From the NCBI RefSeq assembly GCF_044704955.1, contig NC_091988.1, forward strand, positions 95,914,001 through 95,978,000: 64,000 bases of DNA, written 5' to 3'. The stretch is from Pristiophorus japonicus. Its lineage: Eukaryota. Shown in pieces: positions 60,837 to 64,000 of this stretch. Position 1 is the first letter of the stretch; each line of letters opens with the position of its first letter. The notes beneath the pieces were generated by a model. It had not been told where the DNA came from. It worked only from the letters and a program-made list of their open reading frames with translations, and did no database searches. The position numbers were made by a program, and so were the translations under genes.

Positions 60837-63612
60837 TGTGGTGTATGTAGCACACAAATCACTGACTCCACACGGTCTGGTGTTAATCTAACTGCTGTGA
60901 CCTTCGTCCTTTATTGAACAGCTCCAGAGTGACTCTCAGGTGTGGTGGTCAGCCTTTTATACTGCCTCTTGCAGGTACTTTCAGGTCTCCCACCACAGCA
61001 CCCTCTGTGGTGTACCATTGTGCTTATTATACATTTAAGGTACCAGGACGATACACACATCAATACATAACATCTTACTTCCCCCCCAGGAGGCAGGACG
61101 ATACACACATCGATAAACATCTCACTCCCCCCCCCACCCCCAAGTCCCGAAGCCGTTGCCTGGGATCTCGACCTTGTTTGTCCAACGGAAGGCAGGTAGG
61201 CATAGACAGTGCGTTTATATGGTACATGTTATCTGGTACAGATGTTGCATCAATGGGTTGCGGGTACACTGAGCAGTTACATTAAATAGTTATTAACTGG
61301 TAAGGGATCCCTGATTTCCTTATTAGCTCTTATCATTAATTGTATTTCATATCCATTATTTTACACAATCAAAGTGACCATTCAGCATTAAAATATTAAT
61401 TCTTATTATAAATCCGTCATCTCACATTAACATAGCTCATTTTAGACTCGCTCTTGTCTTACAAAAGTCACTTTGTGGGGACCACCACGTGGTAAGGCTC
61501 TTTTAAGACTCCCGGGTGCATTTCCTTTTTAAGGCGCCATCTTTGATGCAGCAGGATTCGACGAGGCTTCTCCTTGGGCGCCGCCATCTTTGATGCTCTG
61601 CTGCTCTGGACACGAGGCCGCCGCCATCTTGCTCTCCGCCACTCCGGATGCCCTCCGCTGCCGCAGCCACCGCTCCCCTCCACTGCCACCTGACTTGCTG
61701 CCTCTCCTGTGGCCGTCATCGTCGCTTCTCCGGCGGCCACCGTAGCCGCCTCCCCTGCGGCCGTCGTGGCCTCTCCAGCCGCCGCACTTGCCGCCTCCCC
61801 TGTGGCCTCCGTAGCTGCCTCCTCTGCGGCCACCGTGGCCAGCAACCTCCAGCTGTTGCCGCCGCCCGATTCTCCCTCTGCGTGGGCCCCTCCGATCCGC
61901 CGGCCCTCCTGGATCCCTCGCACCCCGCCCGCAGCGCCCCGCCGGCTCACCGCCCCCCCCCCCCCCACTAGGTCCGCCTCTGCAGGGCTGCTTGCCTGTG
62001 GGTACTGAGGCTGCAGGATCTCTGTGTGAGGTCCGGGCCTGGGGCTTGCTCTGCTTGCCTGTGGGTGGATTGAGGCCGCACGACAGCACCCCGGGGAGCA
62101 GCAGCCTGTGGAGTGATGAAGTCTTCCCAGCTCCCATGGACCGTCCCCATCCACCTCCGGCCGAGGAGTGTCGGCCCATCGCCTGCGATGACCCACAGAG
62201 GTAAACCGTGCATCTCGTCCCCGTGGGATACCTGCACCATCGCTCTGCCAAGAACAGGTATTAGTTCCCTGGTGTAGGTACGCAGCTTCACCGTGACCGG
62301 GACCAGCTTGGGTCGTGCAGCTGGGTTAATCCACAGTTTATCAAAAGTTCTCCGACTCATCAACGATGGACCCGAGCCCGTGTCCACTTCCACACTCACA
62401 GGGACTCTGTTGATTTTTACTTCCCTTATCACTGGGGGCGAATCGTCGGTGCACGTATACAGTCCCAACACGTCATCTTCTTTTGCCTGCTCCTCGCTGA
62501 ACAGTGGATCATCCCCCATCTCCTCAGCCACACGGTGAGTCCGATTTCTTTTACACTTACGCTGAAGGTGGCCTTTCGTGTGGCAGGTATTGCACGTGTA
62601 CTCCGCAAACCTGCACCAGTGAGCCCCATGGCTTCCTCCGCAATGCCAGCATGGTGCTGCTTGATTGGCCCCCCTCAGCGGACTCTGAGTTCCAGGACCC
62701 CGAGGTCCGTGCTCTCTGCCCCGGGCAGAGCCACGTTCTGCAGTTTTGTCCGTGGTGGGCGCTATCCTGTGGACAGTGCCGGCCGGGTTCGAGACTGTGT
62801 GGATCATTTGCTTGGTGCTGCACATCGAGGTCATATATGCCCGGCTGATGGTGATGGCCTTTGTCAGGGTGACTGTGGGTTCCGTGGCCAGCAGCTTGTG
62901 AAGGAGGCCCTTGTGGCCAATCCCCATAACGAAAACGTCCCGCAAAGCCTCGTCAAGGTGTGCGCCAAAATCACACGGCGCCGCGAGTCTCCTGAGGTCC
63001 GCAGCATATTTGGTGATATCCTGGCCCTCAGGTCTGCAGTGATGGTAAAATTTGTATCTGGCCGTGAGGATGCTCTTCTTCGGTTTCAACTGGTCACGAA
63101 TGAGTTCAGTCAGCTCATCGTATGACTTGTCCCTGGCGCTCCCAGGTGCTAGAAAATCCCTGACAAGACAGTAAACCTCATCGCCACAACTGGAGAGCAA
63201 TATCGCCTTACGCTTATCTCTCATTGCGTCCGTGTCCTCCGTCAGGTCGTTTGCTGTGAAGTGGTACTCGAGCCTTTCCGTAAAGGCCTCCCAATCATTG
63301 CCCATGGTAAAATCCTTTTAGCGAGCCCAGAGTAGCCATGGTTGCGTGGAGTTCGTCCGCTTCCTTGTCGCCAATGTGGTGTATGCAGCACACAAATCAC
63401 TGACTCCACACGGTCTGGTGTTAATCTAACTGCTGTGACCTTCATCCTTTATTGTTCAGCTCCAGAGTGACTCTCAGGAGTGGTGGGCAGCCTTTTATAC
63501 TGCCTCTTGCAGGTACTTTCAGGTCTCCCACCACACCGCCCTCTGTGGTGTACCATTATACTTATACATTTAAGGTACCAGGACGATACACACATCAATA
63601 CATAACATCTCA
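60837..63612 (-). mobile_element. Gypsy (Mag-like) LTR element 2: gag-protease only, no pol
   Basis: LTRs at 63375-63612 (5') and 60837-61077 (3'), differing by about 11 substitutions and one 3-bp indel. PBS TGGCGACAAGG, G-rich PPT, and a perfect TSD CACTC at 60832-60836 and 63613-63617. Confidence 0.93.
61968..63305 (-). CDS. Uninterrupted Gag-protease ORF (445 aa) of LTR element 2
   Basis: DWEAFTERLEYHFTAN; CWHCGGSHGAHWC and CNTCHTKGHLQRKC zinc knuckles; aspartic protease VDTGS and GPTLLGRRW. The probable original ATG at 63339 is out of frame by one base. Confidence 0.8.
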   Translation of the reverse strand: MGNDWEAFTERLEYHFTANDLTEDTDAMRDKRKAILLSSCGDEVYCLVRDFLAPGSARDKSYDELTELIRDQLKPKKSILTARYKFYHHCRPEGQDITKYAADLRRLAAPCDFGAHLDEALRDVFVMGIGHKGLLHKLLATEPTVTLTKAITISRAYMTSMCSTKQMIHTVSNPAGTVHRIAPTTDKTAERGSARGREHGPRGPGTQSPLRGANQAAPCWHCGGSHGAHWCRFAEYTCNTCHTKGHLQRKCKRNRTHRVAEEMGDDPLFSEEQAKEDDVLGLYTCTDDSPPVIREVKINRVPVSVEVDTGSGPSLMSRRTFDKLWINPAARPKLVPVTVKLRTYTRELIPVLGRAMVQVSHGDEMHGLPLWVIAGDGPTLLGRRWMGTVHGSWEDFITPQAAAPRGAVVRPQSTHRQAEQAPGPDLTQRSCSLSTHRQAALQRRT

Positions 63613-64000
63613 CACTCCACCCCAACTGGAGCCATGTGATCTCCAGGGAGAGGCAGAATCCAGATAAAAACCCAGGCCAATTTAGGGAGAAAAAATCTGG
63701 GAAAATTCCTCTCCGACCCATCCAGGCGATCGAAACTAGTCCAGGAGATCACCCTAGCCGTATTCTATTCCCTGCAGTACTTACCATTATATCTGCACCG
63801 ACCAACAAAAGGTCTAATCCCAATGACCAGCTCTAGGTCTGTAATCCTGCAGGTTACGGCACTTTAAATGCCCATCCAACCATCTCTTAAAAGTGGTGAG
63901 GGTTTCTGCATCCACCACTCTTCCAGGCAGCGAGTTCCAGATTCCCAAACCCTCTGCATAAAGAAGTCCCCTCTCAAATCCCCTCTAAACCTTCCACCAA

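Larger units (their letters stand above)
60621..64000 (-). mobile_element. CR1 3' end (60621-60836 and 63613-64000) hosting LTR element 2
   Basis: TAGAAACATAGAAACATAG tail at left. The sequence continues across the CACTC TSD into CR1 3' coding sequence at the window end. Confidence 0.75.

Noticed and set aside
61468-62251. Ala/Gly-rich ORFs in element 2 as an env gene
   Set aside because: No signal peptide, furin site or transmembrane segment is visible. They derive from a ~24-bp GC-rich internal repeat.

Overview
Vertebrate genomic DNA, most likely from a shark or other cartilaginous fish. That is inferred from the Deu-domain tRNA-SINE, CR1, L2 and RTE repeat content and from the divergence of the proteins. 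The window holds two spliced + strand genes, reconstructed exon by exon. THUMPD3 (tRNA m2G methyltransferase) has a putative non-coding exon 1 ending at 1077 and nine coding exons from 4106 to 36990, giving 545 aa. VHL has three coding exons from 46669 to 49509, giving 175 aa. Most of the remainder is interspersed repeats (CR1, L2, RTE, a Tx1/L1 fragment, SINEs) plus five tandem arrays. The most unusual part is 54.7-63.6 kb: two related but distinct, convergently oriented Gypsy (Mag-like) LTR elements. Each has both LTRs, a tRNA-Ser-type PBS, a PPT and a target-site duplication, but encodes only Gag plus protease. Where pol should be, each carries a low-complexity or repeat extension with clustered AAGATGGC (YY1-like) motifs, and the LTRs carry CTCF-like motifs. 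Also notable are a palindromic TGATTGACAG pair with CCAAT boxes and an HRE in the VHL promoter, and a 2.3-kb palindrome/G-tract minisatellite in THUMPD3 intron 1. Repeat boundaries are approximate and were read by eye; no database searches were run.
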